Virus record (IMG/VR): IMGVR_UViG_3300017971_000033
DNA: 64,000 nucleotides
Strand: one strand, 5' to 3'
Source: a virus
The notes beneath the pieces were generated by a model that was given only the letters and a program-made list of their open reading frames with translations, searched no databases and had not been told where the DNA came from. This document shows positions 41,556 to 50,604 of the stretch, in pieces. Every line of letters starts with the position of its first letter. The first letter of the stretch is position 1. A program made the position numbers and the translations under genes.

Positions 41556-43800
41556 GAACATGACAACAATAATCAGGGATCTGCTAGTCAACAGCGACAT
41601 CGATCTGCAACGAGTTGACGCCGCAACGCGTAAGGAAGTCACGGGGCTTTTGAATTCCTTGTCAAAGGAAATAAAAGACAAGCTGACCAAGTGGGACTTT
41701 GACGCAGCCGACACGCAGGTGTTCAATCGCAAGCTGAATCAGATTGTACGTGTGACCGCGCCGAACATTGAAAGAGCTTACCGCGTCATTGAAGATACCG
41801 TAGCGGCAGACCTTTCCGATGTCGCGCAGCTATCGCAGGAGCAGGTTACTGATGCGGTCAATAGCGCGACCAACATTGAGCTTGTAAGCAATAAGGTTCA
41901 CTTGTCAAAGCTAAGGGCGCTCGCGGGAAATTCCATGATAGAAGGCGCGCCGATCAATGAATGGTGGGGCAGGCAAACCGATGTATTCAAGCAGGAGTTT
42001 AAAGACCAAATCAGGCAAGGCATGCTGAATGGCGAAACTATCCCGGACATGATCCGCAGGGTACAAGGTAGCCGCGCCAACCGCTTTCAAGACGGCATCA
42101 TTGCCCGCGCCGGTAAACGCGCGCACCGCCTTGTGAGAACCTCTGTGCTGACCGTTGCCAATCAAGCCCGCATGGAAACCTACAAAACCAATGCCAGAGT
42201 GATCAAAGGCGTTCAGTGGCTTTCCACGCTCGACTCCCGCACGAGTGATATCTGCATGGGGCTTGACGGACAAGCGTGGACACTGGAAGGAAAGAAGATG
42301 ACCGGCACAACCGTGTCATGGAGTGGCCCGCCTCCAGCGCACTGGAATTGCCGCAGCACGCTCATCCCAGTGGTCAAGACTTTCACCGAGCTGGCGAAAG
42401 AGAAAGGCATCAACAAGAAATTCACGAAGCTAGACCGCAAGCTACGGATCCGCGCCAGAGCCGCTATGGACGGCAAGCAGGCGCAGGCTATTACATACGA
42501 AGGCTGGCTGCGGAAACAATCGCAGGCGCGTCAGCAGGAGGTTTTAGGGATAACGAAGTGGCGCTTGTGGAGTGCCGGCAAGATTACCGTCCGGGATCTG
42601 ATAGACCAATCCGGGAATCCACGCACGGCAAAGCAACTACTCGATGACTTTGGTGGTGGCACTATTAAGCCGCCGCCGATTATTAAGCCGCCACCGCCGC
42701 CACCGCCGCCAGTTATCAAGCCGCCGCCGCCGCCTAAGCCTAAGCCGAAGCCAAAGAAGGATCCTTCACCAGCGCCTAAGCCGACGCCTAAGCCGAAGCC
42801 AGCACCAGCACCTGCGCCAGCACCGACCGCGGCCAAGGTTGAGAAATACCGTACCAATACCATGACGGGCGAGGAGGTTGATGCGCGGAATTACAACAGG
42901 TATGCGGCAGTGGGCCGTCAGAAGATCGATTCAGCGTTTAAGGGCTTGCTATCGCAAGACGAGCTGAATGATTTGCGGCTTTCCGGCGATGATGTCCGCA
43001 AGCACGCTATCGGCAAGCAGATATGGGAGAACCGCGTCGATGATGATGCGGCAATCAATATTTCCAAAACAATGTCAAAGAGCGCCGTGCCGCGCGACCT
43101 CGAGGATGTGAACTTCACCAATACCGAGTTACTTAGCAAGCATCGGCTCAAGATCAAGAAAGCTATGCAGAAAATCCGCAAGGATCTACGCTCGCGCTGG
43201 CGTGACGAGGTTAAGTGGAAAAGGAACGGCAAGATGGTGACGACCACGCTGGAGGAAAAAACAAACGACTTTACCAGCCTCTTCAAGTACGGCGACAAGT
43301 CGGCTGTTGACAATGCCGGATCTATTCGCTGGGCGATTGAGGAAGCCTACACAATGGCTGGCGGGCAGATAGCCCCCGGAGCAATCGTCAAGATTATAGC
43401 GACAGGCCGCGCCTATGCTAACAAGTTCAAGCGTGTGCTGAATGTCGGCAGAAGGAAGAAATCAACCATCTTCCACGAGCTCGGCCACTTTATCGAGTTC
43501 AATGCCATTCGCGTCGAGAAGGCTGCGCATGAATTCCTCGACTCCCGGAAAGCGATTAACTCGCAACGTGGTCTTGACAAGTTCTTCCCGAAGCACGGCT
43601 ACCGCAACGACGAGTATGCTTACCCCTCGGATGTCCTGCATGCCTACATGGGCAAGACTTACCCTGACGGCGCGACCGAAGTGATCTCTATGGGCTTTGA
43701 ATCATTTGCCAGTGTGGATGGCATGATCGATCTGTTCTACAAAGACCGCGACTTGTTTGAGATGATCTTGGGAATACTTTACCGCAAACCCGGAGGATAG
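41539..43800 (+). CDS. MuF / SPP1 gp7-like head morphogenesis protein fused via a poly-proline linker to a C-terminal HExxH (zincin-like) domain
   Basis: WLSTLDSRTSDICMGLDGQ...GPPPAHWNCRSTLIPV is the MuF signature. The PPPIIKPPPPPPPPVIKPPPPPKPKPKPK...PAPAPAPAP linker is at about nt 42650-42830. The C-terminal region contains STIFHELGHFIEF. Confidence 0.85.
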   Translation: MMTLPENMTTIIRDLLVNSDIDLQRVDAATRKEVTGLLNSLSKEIKDKLTKWDFDAADTQVFNRKLNQIVRVTAPNIERAYRVIEDTVAADLSDVAQLSQEQVTDAVNSATNIELVSNKVHLSKLRALAGNSMIEGAPINEWWGRQTDVFKQEFKDQIRQGMLNGETIPDMIRRVQGSRANRFQDGIIARAGKRAHRLVRTSVLTVANQARMETYKTNARVIKGVQWLSTLDSRTSDICMGLDGQAWTLEGKKMTGTTVSWSGPPPAHWNCRSTLIPVVKTFTELAKEKGINKKFTKLDRKLRIRARAAMDGKQAQAITYEGWLRKQSQARQQEVLGITKWRLWSAGKITVRDLIDQSGNPRTAKQLLDDFGGGTIKPPPIIKPPPPPPPPVIKPPPPPKPKPKPKKDPSPAPKPTPKPKPAPAPAPAPTAAKVEKYRTNTMTGEEVDARNYNRYAAVGRQKIDSAFKGLLSQDELNDLRLSGDDVRKHAIGKQIWENRVDDDAAINISKTMSKSAVPRDLEDVNFTNTELLSKHRLKIKKAMQKIRKDLRSRWRDEVKWKRNGKMVTTTLEEKTNDFTSLFKYGDKSAVDNAGSIRWAIEEAYTMAGGQIAPGAIVKIIATGRAYANKFKRVLNVGRRKKSTIFHELGHFIEFNAIRVEKAAHEFLDSRKAINSQRGLDKFFPKHGYRNDEYAYPSDVLHAYMGKTYPDGATEVISMGFESFASVDGMIDLFYKDRDLFEMILGILYRKPGG

Positions 43801-43801
43801 G

Positions 43802-44101
43802 ATGATCGGAATCGAAGTAAGGAAAGGAAGGAACCGCGCAATAGTCAGCGTCAACAAGCGATGGAATGACGCAGGAAAAATCCAGTTTGAAGGCGATGAC
43901 CCTCTTGTCAAGGAACTCCGCGCTAGTGTACCTTTGCTGCGCGGGGCTTTTGGACATATCCTTGGCCGATACGCAGAGCCTGCTGACGTTTGGCATGCGT
44001 TAACAATGCAAGGGCCGTTTTATGGCTGGGAGCTGACCGTGGTAGAAGGGGCGATCGGGGAAAAACTCACCTATCCCGAAGAGCGCAATTCGGTAACCTA
44101 G
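43802..44101 (+). CDS. hypothetical protein
   Basis: ORF track. Confidence 0.75.
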   Translation: MIGIEVRKGRNRAIVSVNKRWNDAGKIQFEGDDPLVKELRASVPLLRGAFGHILGRYAEPADVWHALTMQGPFYGWELTVVEGAIGEKLTYPEERNSVT

Positions 44102-44113
44102 AGGAATACGACT

Positions 44114-45202
44114 ATGATGACAGAGCCAATGATGGCGCCAATCCATGTGCGCCATATGTCGCTGATCCACGCGCAGCAATATGAACGCGGCCACACCAAT
44201 CAGACGACCATGCAAACGGGCGGGCAAAAGATTAAGTTTGTCAATCCGAACATCGACAACTACCCCGACAATCTGGATTTCTATGCCAAGCGCGTGGAAG
44301 AAGGCACTCCGATCTACAAAGCCGGGATGTTGCAGCCGAACACAACCGCTTATGTCATTGGATCCGGGCCGTCGCTAAAGGAAGAGGATTCGGTCAAGGA
44401 AATCCGCAAGGCTTCCAAGGCTGGCAACAAGGTGCTGTTTGCGTGCAAGCAAGCCATCAAATTCCTGCATGACCAAGGGATCAAGATGGAGTATGGCGTC
44501 AGCATGGATCCCGGGGCACATATTGCAAGACCGGAAAAGATCTATAAAGCTCCCGGCATGACGCACATCATTGCAAGCTCAAGTGATCCTCTGCTATACA
44601 AATACCTAAAGGCCGGGATGCCTTTCGCCGATTGGTTAGGTACACTGACCGACCAAGAGGCGCAGCGAGTCCTTGAGGATGACTATGACTCTTGGAAAGC
44701 TGGTGAGTACGAACCCCCGGACGCTGGGGAGGATGCCGCGGAAGTCATGATATTCCACTCAGCGACCGGTTATAAAAACGAAGTCGAGATGTATAACACC
44801 AGATTCCCGACTCATGACTGCATGGGCGGCGGGTATAACGTAGTCAACCGTGCCCTGTCAGCGGCGATCTTCATGGGGGCTGCTGATGCCGTGCTGGTAG
44901 GGACAGACTGCGGATGGCGAGAGGATTCCAGCTTCTATGTTGACGGGGTTGCGCAGCGCAAAGGCGTTGACATGACCGACAAAGGGCTTGTCGAGGGAAC
45001 TGACGAGAATGGCAATCCACTGGAAAACACCGAAGGCGCAGGCGTATGGAATACCCGCCCCGACATGCTGGCGAGCGGAGTTGCGCTTGCAAAGCTGGCA
45101 AAAAGGAATCCGGGGAAGATCCACTTCTACGGCCACACGCTTCCCGCGTTACTGGAAAAGAAATCAATGGAATTTCTAGACAAGTGCGCTGAATTTGGTT
45201 AG
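44114..45202 (+). CDS. DUF115 (MptE-like / motility-accessory-factor Maf-like) protein
   Basis: AYVIGSGPSLKEEDSVKEIRKASKAGNKVLFACKQAIKFLHDQGIKMEYGVSMDPG matches the DUF115 core (vIxGxGPSL ... a.n.a...L...gi.Pd....D). Confidence 0.75.
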   Translation: MMTEPMMAPIHVRHMSLIHAQQYERGHTNQTTMQTGGQKIKFVNPNIDNYPDNLDFYAKRVEEGTPIYKAGMLQPNTTAYVIGSGPSLKEEDSVKEIRKASKAGNKVLFACKQAIKFLHDQGIKMEYGVSMDPGAHIARPEKIYKAPGMTHIIASSSDPLLYKYLKAGMPFADWLGTLTDQEAQRVLEDDYDSWKAGEYEPPDAGEDAAEVMIFHSATGYKNEVEMYNTRFPTHDCMGGGYNVVNRALSAAIFMGAADAVLVGTDCGWREDSSFYVDGVAQRKGVDMTDKGLVEGTDENGNPLENTEGAGVWNTRPDMLASGVALAKLAKRNPGKIHFYGHTLPALLEKKSMEFLDKCAEFG

Positions 45203-45212
45203 CGTCAAGGTC

Positions 45213-45242
45213 TAGTCATGTAGGGACGTTTGTATTTATAAT
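45213..45242 (+). promoter_or_regulatory. candidate promoter TAGTCA-18-TATAAT upstream of scaffold/coat
   Basis: Perfect -10 TATAAT at 45237-45242 and -35 TAGTCA at 45213-45218, in a 66-nt gap. Confidence 0.3.
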
Positions 45243-45268
45243 ACTTCACCACTTGAGGAGTTTGGATT

Positions 45269-46084
45269 ATGGCACTAAAGACAATCATCAAAAACCTGAC
45301 TGACGTTGCCGAACCGCTACGCGATCTTTACACCAAGCAAGGTGATTCTTATGTTCTTGACATCGATGACAAGGACTACAAGGCCAAGCTAGATGAGTTC
45401 CGCAACAACAATATCGACCTCCGTAAGAAGGTGGAGTCACTGACCGAAGCGGAGAAGGAAGCCGCGGCGCTGAAAGAGCAAATGGGGCAGTACAAGGATA
45501 TTGACCCGGAGCGGGCTCGTGAAGCGATTGAGAAGATGTCGGCGATCGAGGAACAGAAACTTATTGAGGCCGGCCGCATCGACGAAGTTGTCGAAGAGCG
45601 GATTGGCCGCAGGCTTGAGAGGCTCAAGTCTGATTACGATGGAAGAATCCACAAGCTGGAATCTGAACTTGAAAACTCGCAGGGGTCCGCTGGCAAATAC
45701 CGCGAGCGGCTCGAGGATGTGTTAATCAACTCTTCCCTGCAAAACGCTGTCATGGAAGTGGGCACCCCGAAGAAAGGCGCATTGGTTGATATTATTAACC
45801 GCGGCAAATCGGTGTGGACGCTGGACGATGACAGCAATCCCTTGCCCAAAGCTGACGGCGAAGTCATCTACGGAAAGGACGGTAAACAGCCTATCACAAT
45901 GGAGGAGTGGGCTCGTTCTCTCTTGATGGATTCTCCGTTTTTATTTGAGGGCAGTGCTGGAGGCGGTGCCAACGGCAATCTCGGTGTAGACTCCGAAAGG
46001 GGTGTTATCAGCAGAAGCAATCAGGACGCGCTGAATGACAACATCGAGGCAATCGCCAAAGGTGATTACACCATAGGCGAATAG
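45269..46084 (+). CDS. scaffolding protein
   Basis: A charged, coiled-coil-type sequence immediately upstream of the coat gene. GAGGAG upstream. Confidence 0.75.
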   Translation: MALKTIIKNLTDVAEPLRDLYTKQGDSYVLDIDDKDYKAKLDEFRNNNIDLRKKVESLTEAEKEAAALKEQMGQYKDIDPERAREAIEKMSAIEEQKLIEAGRIDEVVEERIGRRLERLKSDYDGRIHKLESELENSQGSAGKYRERLEDVLINSSLQNAVMEVGTPKKGALVDIINRGKSVWTLDDDSNPLPKADGEVIYGKDGKQPITMEEWARSLLMDSPFLFEGSAGGGANGNLGVDSERGVISRSNQDALNDNIEAIAKGDYTIGE

Positions 46085-46145
46085 TAGTAAATGTCCCGGG
46101 GGGACAAGAGACCTATTTTCTTTTAACGCAATTGGAGACTGACCA

Positions 46146-47288
46146 ATGTCGAATACTCTTGACAACATTATGGCCAAAATCCTCGCGCGTGGTCTGCTTG
46201 CCCTTCGTGAGCAGGCTTCCATGCCGCGACTGGTGAATGGTGACTACTCACGCGAAGCTGCCGAAAAGGGTGACACGATTGATGTGCCGATTCCTTCCGG
46301 TATTACCGCCTCGGATGTTACTCCTGCGCCTGTTTATTCCAGCGCTTCTAACTCCACTCCGGGCAAGGTTCAGATTCCTCTGGACAACTGGAAAAAGACC
46401 AACTTCTATCTGACCGACAAGGACATGGTAGAAATCGACCGCAACGAGCACTTCATTCCCATGCAAATGAGCGAGGCCATTCGTGCTCTTGCCAATGCCG
46501 TGAATGAGGACATCTTTGCGGAGTATAAGGGCGTCTACGGCTATACCGGCACCGCTGGTACTACGCCTTTCGCCTCTACCGTTGTGGCAGCTACAAACGC
46601 TCGCAAGGTCCTGCACCAGCAGCTTGCCCCGCGCGACAATCGCCGCGGTGTGCTGAGCTACGATGCGGAAGCCAACGCACTCGCGCTGGCACCGTTCGCT
46701 GATGCGGAAAAGACCGGCAGCACCGGCGTCAAGATCGAAGGTGAGATCGGCCGCAAGTACGGCATTGACTGGTATGCGGATGATGCCGTGCCGGTTCATA
46801 CCGCTGGTGGCGCGACTGCTTCTGCTATTGTGGTCGGTAGCGCGGTTGCCGCTGGTACCTCCTCGATCGATATGACTGGTGGCAACAACACAACTTTGCT
46901 TCCGGGTGACATCTTCACCATTGCAGGTGATACGCAGACTTACGTGGTCAATGCCACTGCCGTCATCGTTTCCACCGGCAATGTCGCTGTCAGCATTACG
47001 CCTAACCTCAAGGCTGATGCTTCCAGTGAAGCCGTAACGGTTGTGGGTGATCATACGGTCAATCTGGCTTTCCACCGTGACGCCTTTGCTTTTGCAAACC
47101 GTCCGCTGATGCAGAGCACTGCCGACATGCAGCTCGGTAGCCGCATCATGGCAATGACTGATCCGCAGACCGGTATCAGCCTGCGCCTTGAGGTGTCCCG
47201 CCAGTACAAGCAGGTCACTTGGGAACTGGATATCCTGTGGGGTGCCAAGCTGGTCCGTCCGGAACTGGCAACCCGTATTGCAGGTTAA
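46146..47288 (+). CDS. major capsid protein (P22 coat-protein-like family)
   Basis: The N-terminus LDNIMAKILARGLLALREQASMPRLVNGDYSREAAEKGDTIDVPIP matches the P22 gp5-like family signature. Followed by a strong terminator. Confidence 0.85.
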   Translation: MSNTLDNIMAKILARGLLALREQASMPRLVNGDYSREAAEKGDTIDVPIPSGITASDVTPAPVYSSASNSTPGKVQIPLDNWKKTNFYLTDKDMVEIDRNEHFIPMQMSEAIRALANAVNEDIFAEYKGVYGYTGTAGTTPFASTVVAATNARKVLHQQLAPRDNRRGVLSYDAEANALALAPFADAEKTGSTGVKIEGEIGRKYGIDWYADDAVPVHTAGGATASAIVVGSAVAAGTSSIDMTGGNNTTLLPGDIFTIAGDTQTYVVNATAVIVSTGNVAVSITPNLKADASSEAVTVVGDHTVNLAFHRDAFAFANRPLMQSTADMQLGSRIMAMTDPQTGISLRLEVSRQYKQVTWELDILWGAKLVRPELATRIAG

Positions 47289-47324
47289 TCTCTAACCGGG
47301 TAGGCTCAAACGCGAGCCATTGCA

Positions 47325-47360
47325 GCCCCGCTCCTTCTCCCGAGGGCGCGGGGTTTTTTT
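47325..47360 (+). terminator. rho-independent terminator after the coat gene
   Basis: CCCCGC (47326-31) pairs with GCGGGG (47348-53), followed by TTTTTTT (47354-60). Confidence 0.8.
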
Positions 47361-47380
47361 ATAACTACGAGGAGTAAAGT

Positions 47381-47785
47381 ATGAAACTTTCTACAGTCAA
47401 AATCCGCAACAAGAAAACCGGCGCAACGACCGTGATCAATGAAGTCGATTGGGCGCATGATCTTGGTCGTGGTCAGTGGCGCGGATGGGAACGCTATGGC
47501 GAGATGCACACGGGCCTTGTAAAAGACAAGCTCGTGCTGTCAGACAATATGGATACCGCCGACAAAACGCTGCACAAAGCCGTACTGGATTCGATACCGC
47601 AAGGGGTTGACATCGAAGAGCCGTCAGGGCAGAGTCTCTCCAGCGACGAGAAATCTGCTCAACAAGAGCCTGCGTTCATTATTAATGAACAAGCGGAAAC
47701 GGTGAACAAACCGCGTGGTGTCACAGCAGACAGTGACGCAAAGAAACCACGCCGCCGCCGCCGTCGCAAAACCGAGGAAAGCTAA
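47381..47785 (+). CDS. hypothetical protein with an Arg-rich C-terminus (KKPRRRRRRKTEES)
   Basis: GAGGAG upstream; ORF track. Confidence 0.75.
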   Translation: MKLSTVKIRNKKTGATTVINEVDWAHDLGRGQWRGWERYGEMHTGLVKDKLVLSDNMDTADKTLHKAVLDSIPQGVDIEEPSGQSLSSDEKSAQQEPAFIINEQAETVNKPRGVTADSDAKKPRRRRRRKTEES

Positions 47786-47798
47786 CCTATCAGGGGAA

Positions 47799-47833
47799 GT
47801 ATCAATACCTATCAATCCTCACCAGATTGATAG
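47799..47833. promoter_or_regulatory. TATCAAT repeats and inverted repeat CTATCAAT-N9-ATTGATAG ahead of the sugar-enzyme island
   Basis: ctatcaat (47809-16) and attgatag (47826-33), plus a direct copy gtatcaata (47799-807). Confidence 0.35.
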
Positions 47834-47854
47834 TTCACCATAGAGGAGCACAGC

Positions 47855-48658
47855 ATGATTATTACTTCCTTCTCGCAGAAGGGCTATCATGAATACGGGA
47901 AGCGGTTTATAGAAGGCTTCCTAAAGCACTGGAAGGATCAAACACTCACGGTCTACTATGAGCATGGCATCCCGTCAGCCGCGCCGAAGGATGACCGCAT
48001 TATCTACAAAGACCTTTACTCATTCGATGATTTCAAGCAGATCGAGGCTGTGCTGAATAACAGTGATCCGATTTACTCCGGGAAACATATCAACCCGCAG
48101 AATCCGCAGCAGCAGGTCTACAACTTCCGATATGACGCTAATCGGTTCTACCGAAAAGTGTTCGCTATCTGCGACGCATGCCACTCGCAAAACGGAATCG
48201 TTGCGTGGGTTGATGCGGACGTAGTATTCAAGGCCGATATCCCGCCGAACTTCCTGCAAGGCATATTTGCCGTAAAGGAAGGTGAGCCAGAATTCTATAT
48301 GGCCGTGCTTGAGCGCAAGTGGCTCTACAGCGAAAACGGTTTTGTCGGCTTCAATACCAACCATCCCGCAAACAATTTCTTTATGCCGCTTTGGTATAAC
48401 ACCTATGCGGAAGGCGCGTTCAAATACCTCGGAGAATTCCATGATTGTTACTCAATGGACTTTATCCGCACGGCGATGGCTATCCCGTACAAGAACCTGA
48501 ATCCGAATGAGCAAAGCAACCATCCCTTTCAGGAGTCAATACTCGGGGAATACATGGAGCACCTCAAAGGCCCGGAGCGGAAAGCGCAAGGCGGTCTGCT
48601 AGACAAGGATCCGGGAGTAGAAAAACCGGAAACACAAAGGCCGAAGGTGTTGTCATGA
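47855..48658 (+). CDS. putative nucleotide-sugar-dependent transferase (DXD-containing; family not recognised)
   Basis: GAGGAG upstream. IVAWVDADVVF is a DXD-like motif in a GT-A-like context. The functional call is weak. Confidence 0.5.
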   Translation: MIITSFSQKGYHEYGKRFIEGFLKHWKDQTLTVYYEHGIPSAAPKDDRIIYKDLYSFDDFKQIEAVLNNSDPIYSGKHINPQNPQQQVYNFRYDANRFYRKVFAICDACHSQNGIVAWVDADVVFKADIPPNFLQGIFAVKEGEPEFYMAVLERKWLYSENGFVGFNTNHPANNFFMPLWYNTYAEGAFKYLGEFHDCYSMDFIRTAMAIPYKNLNPNEQSNHPFQESILGEYMEHLKGPERKAQGGLLDKDPGVEKPETQRPKVLS

Positions 48659-49689
48659 AAAAGACCGCGCTTGTCACCGGCGCCTCGGGGCAGGATGCCG
48701 CTTACCTAATCGAGCTATTACTGCAAAAGGGTTACGAGGTCTATGCAGGCATGCGCAGGACGGCCAGCATGAACCTCTGGCGGCTCAAGGAGCTTAGTCT
48801 TGTCACGGAGTCAGAGTATGAGGAACACAATCCAGCACAAGGCCTGACCTTCCTTAATTTCGATGTGACATGCTCCGCGCAGGTCAACAATGTGATTGAT
48901 GAGGGACAATTCGACGAGGTATATAACCTTGCAGCCATGTCCTTTGTCCCGGAGTCATTCGCTTCGCCGGTTGCCACGTTTCAAATAAACGCCGTTGGCG
49001 CGCTGAACATCATGGCCGCGATCAACCAGTTCTCGCCATCCACGAGACTCTACCAAGCTAGCACCTCGGAGATGTTCGGCCTTGTCAATGTCGAGTCACA
49101 GGGAGAGGATACGCCATTCCACCCGCGCAGCCCCTATGCGGTTGCGAAGGTAGCCGCGCACTATGCCGTGCAGAATTACCGCGAAGCATACGAGAATTTC
49201 TTTTGCTCCGGGATTCTGTTTAACCATGAATCACCGCTCCGGGGTGAAGAGTTTGTAACGCGGAAAATCACCAAGGCTGTTGCGCGTATCGTTGCCGGCA
49301 AGCAGCAGTTCCTTGAACTCGGGAACCTCGATGCCTACCGCGATTGGGGCCATGCTCGTGATTATGTTTATGCCATGTACCTCATGCTGCAACAGGACGA
49401 GCCGGAGGACTTTGTGATTGCCACGGGCGAAAAGCATAGGGTTTGGGATGTCGTCCACACGGCCTTCACCTATGTCGGCATCGATGTCTGGGCCGAACAC
49501 CTGATGAAAAACCCGGATCTGATGCGGCCGTCAGAAGTTCCGCTGTTACTCGGTAATCCAGCAAAGGCGCAGGACAAACTTGGTTGGAAGCGAGCTTATG
49601 ATTTCGAGACCATGATTCGTGAGATGGTTGACTACGACTTATCGAGAGAGGGCGTGGATCCGATCATATACCACGCGCAACTCGCATGA
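48655..49689 (+). CDS. gmd: GDP-mannose 4,6-dehydratase
   Basis: Collinear with E. coli Gmd: ALVTGASGQDAAYLIELLLQKGYEV, EVYNLAAMSFV, LYQASTSEMFG, PFHPRSPYAVAK, GILFNHESPLRGEEFVTRKIT, LGNLDAYRDWGHARDYV, QQDEPEDFVIATG. Confidence 0.93.
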   Translation: MKKTALVTGASGQDAAYLIELLLQKGYEVYAGMRRTASMNLWRLKELSLVTESEYEEHNPAQGLTFLNFDVTCSAQVNNVIDEGQFDEVYNLAAMSFVPESFASPVATFQINAVGALNIMAAINQFSPSTRLYQASTSEMFGLVNVESQGEDTPFHPRSPYAVAKVAAHYAVQNYREAYENFFCSGILFNHESPLRGEEFVTRKITKAVARIVAGKQQFLELGNLDAYRDWGHARDYVYAMYLMLQQDEPEDFVIATGEKHRVWDVVHTAFTYVGIDVWAEHLMKNPDLMRPSEVPLLLGNPAKAQDKLGWKRAYDFETMIREMVDYDLSREGVDPIIYHAQLA

Positions 49690-49937
49690 ATATAGAACTC
49701 GATTTTATAAACAAGATCCTCTACATCAAGGAAGGTATGCGGCTTGCTGAAATCTTTTTGGAGGTTAAAGACCTTTATGCCGATGACCCGGATGTAGAGT
49801 TCCCGTTCAAGACCCTTGAGCAACTTGAGGACGGGACCGAAGTCTTTTATCTTCACCCCGACTGGAAGTGTTTACCATTCACCAAGAAAGGAGATCCGCT
49901 ATATGTTGCCCCAGACCGGAGAAAGACAAGTAGCTGA
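49686..49937 (+). CDS. hypothetical protein
   Basis: ORF track; ATGA overlap. Confidence 0.65.
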   Translation: MNIELDFINKILYIKEGMRLAEIFLEVKDLYADDPDVEFPFKTLEQLEDGTEVFYLHPDWKCLPFTKKGDPLYVAPDRRKTSS

Positions 49938-50568
49938 AACGCTGGACGGTATCAAGCCGAACCACAAGCATAGATATAACTTCGCTATAAACCAGATCAA
50001 GGCATTGTTCGGTGACAACCCCAGCATCAACATTGTTGACTGCGCCTGCGGTATTGGATACGGCACCTATATGCTCGCCACCGCTTTCCCGGAAGCGCGT
50101 GTAATCGGCATCGATATCCATCAGCCTGCTGTAGATGCTGCTACCCGTGCTTATGGGGAAGGCAATAATAGATTCCAGCAAGCAGACCTCAGCAAGCGCG
50201 AAGAGTTTGAGGCTGCGTTGGTGGATGGCTTTGACGGGGAAAAGCAGAAGGTTGATGTAATCGTCAGCATAGAAACCATCGAGCATGTCAAGGATGATGA
50301 GGCATTAATCCAAATGTACGGCGAACATGCTTCTGTGCTGGTTGGTTCGGTGCCTAACGAGGAAGTGGTACCGTTCAACCGTGACACGCATCCCTTCCAC
50401 TTTCGCCATTACACAAAAGACGAGTTCACTGAACTCTTGTCAAAGTCTGAATACACGGTCAAGCAATGGGCTACTCAGTACGAGAAGATCCCGGGCCATG
50501 TCTATGATGCTGATGACGGCATGGGTTTTGTGGTAACAGCCATTCAAGGCGAAGCTGTCAACGCATAG
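49903..50568 (+). CDS. class I SAM-dependent methyltransferase
   Basis: Start MLPQTGERQV... at 49903, preceded by AAAGGAGA. IVDCACGIGYGTYMLA is SAM motif I, followed by VIGIDI and DVIVSIETIEHV. Confidence 0.8.
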   Translation: MLPQTGERQVAETLDGIKPNHKHRYNFAINQIKALFGDNPSINIVDCACGIGYGTYMLATAFPEARVIGIDIHQPAVDAATRAYGEGNNRFQQADLSKREEFEAALVDGFDGEKQKVDVIVSIETIEHVKDDEALIQMYGEHASVLVGSVPNEEVVPFNRDTHPFHFRHYTKDEFTELLSKSEYTVKQWATQYEKIPGHVYDADDGMGFVVTAIQGEAVNA

Positions 50569-50604
50569 CAACTTCTGGAAAACACCACGCAGGAGGAAGC
50601 AGCC

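Noticed and set aside
42531-42865. Gly-rich 110-aa minus ORF and Arg/Ser-rich 73-aa plus ORF
   Set aside because: These are mirror or off-frame images of the poly-proline-encoding tract inside the MuF fusion gene.
46248-47075. 275-aa minus-strand ORF
   Set aside because: It lies entirely antisense to the well-supported coat gene, and its R/G/S-rich composition is typical of antisense frames in GC-rich coding DNA.
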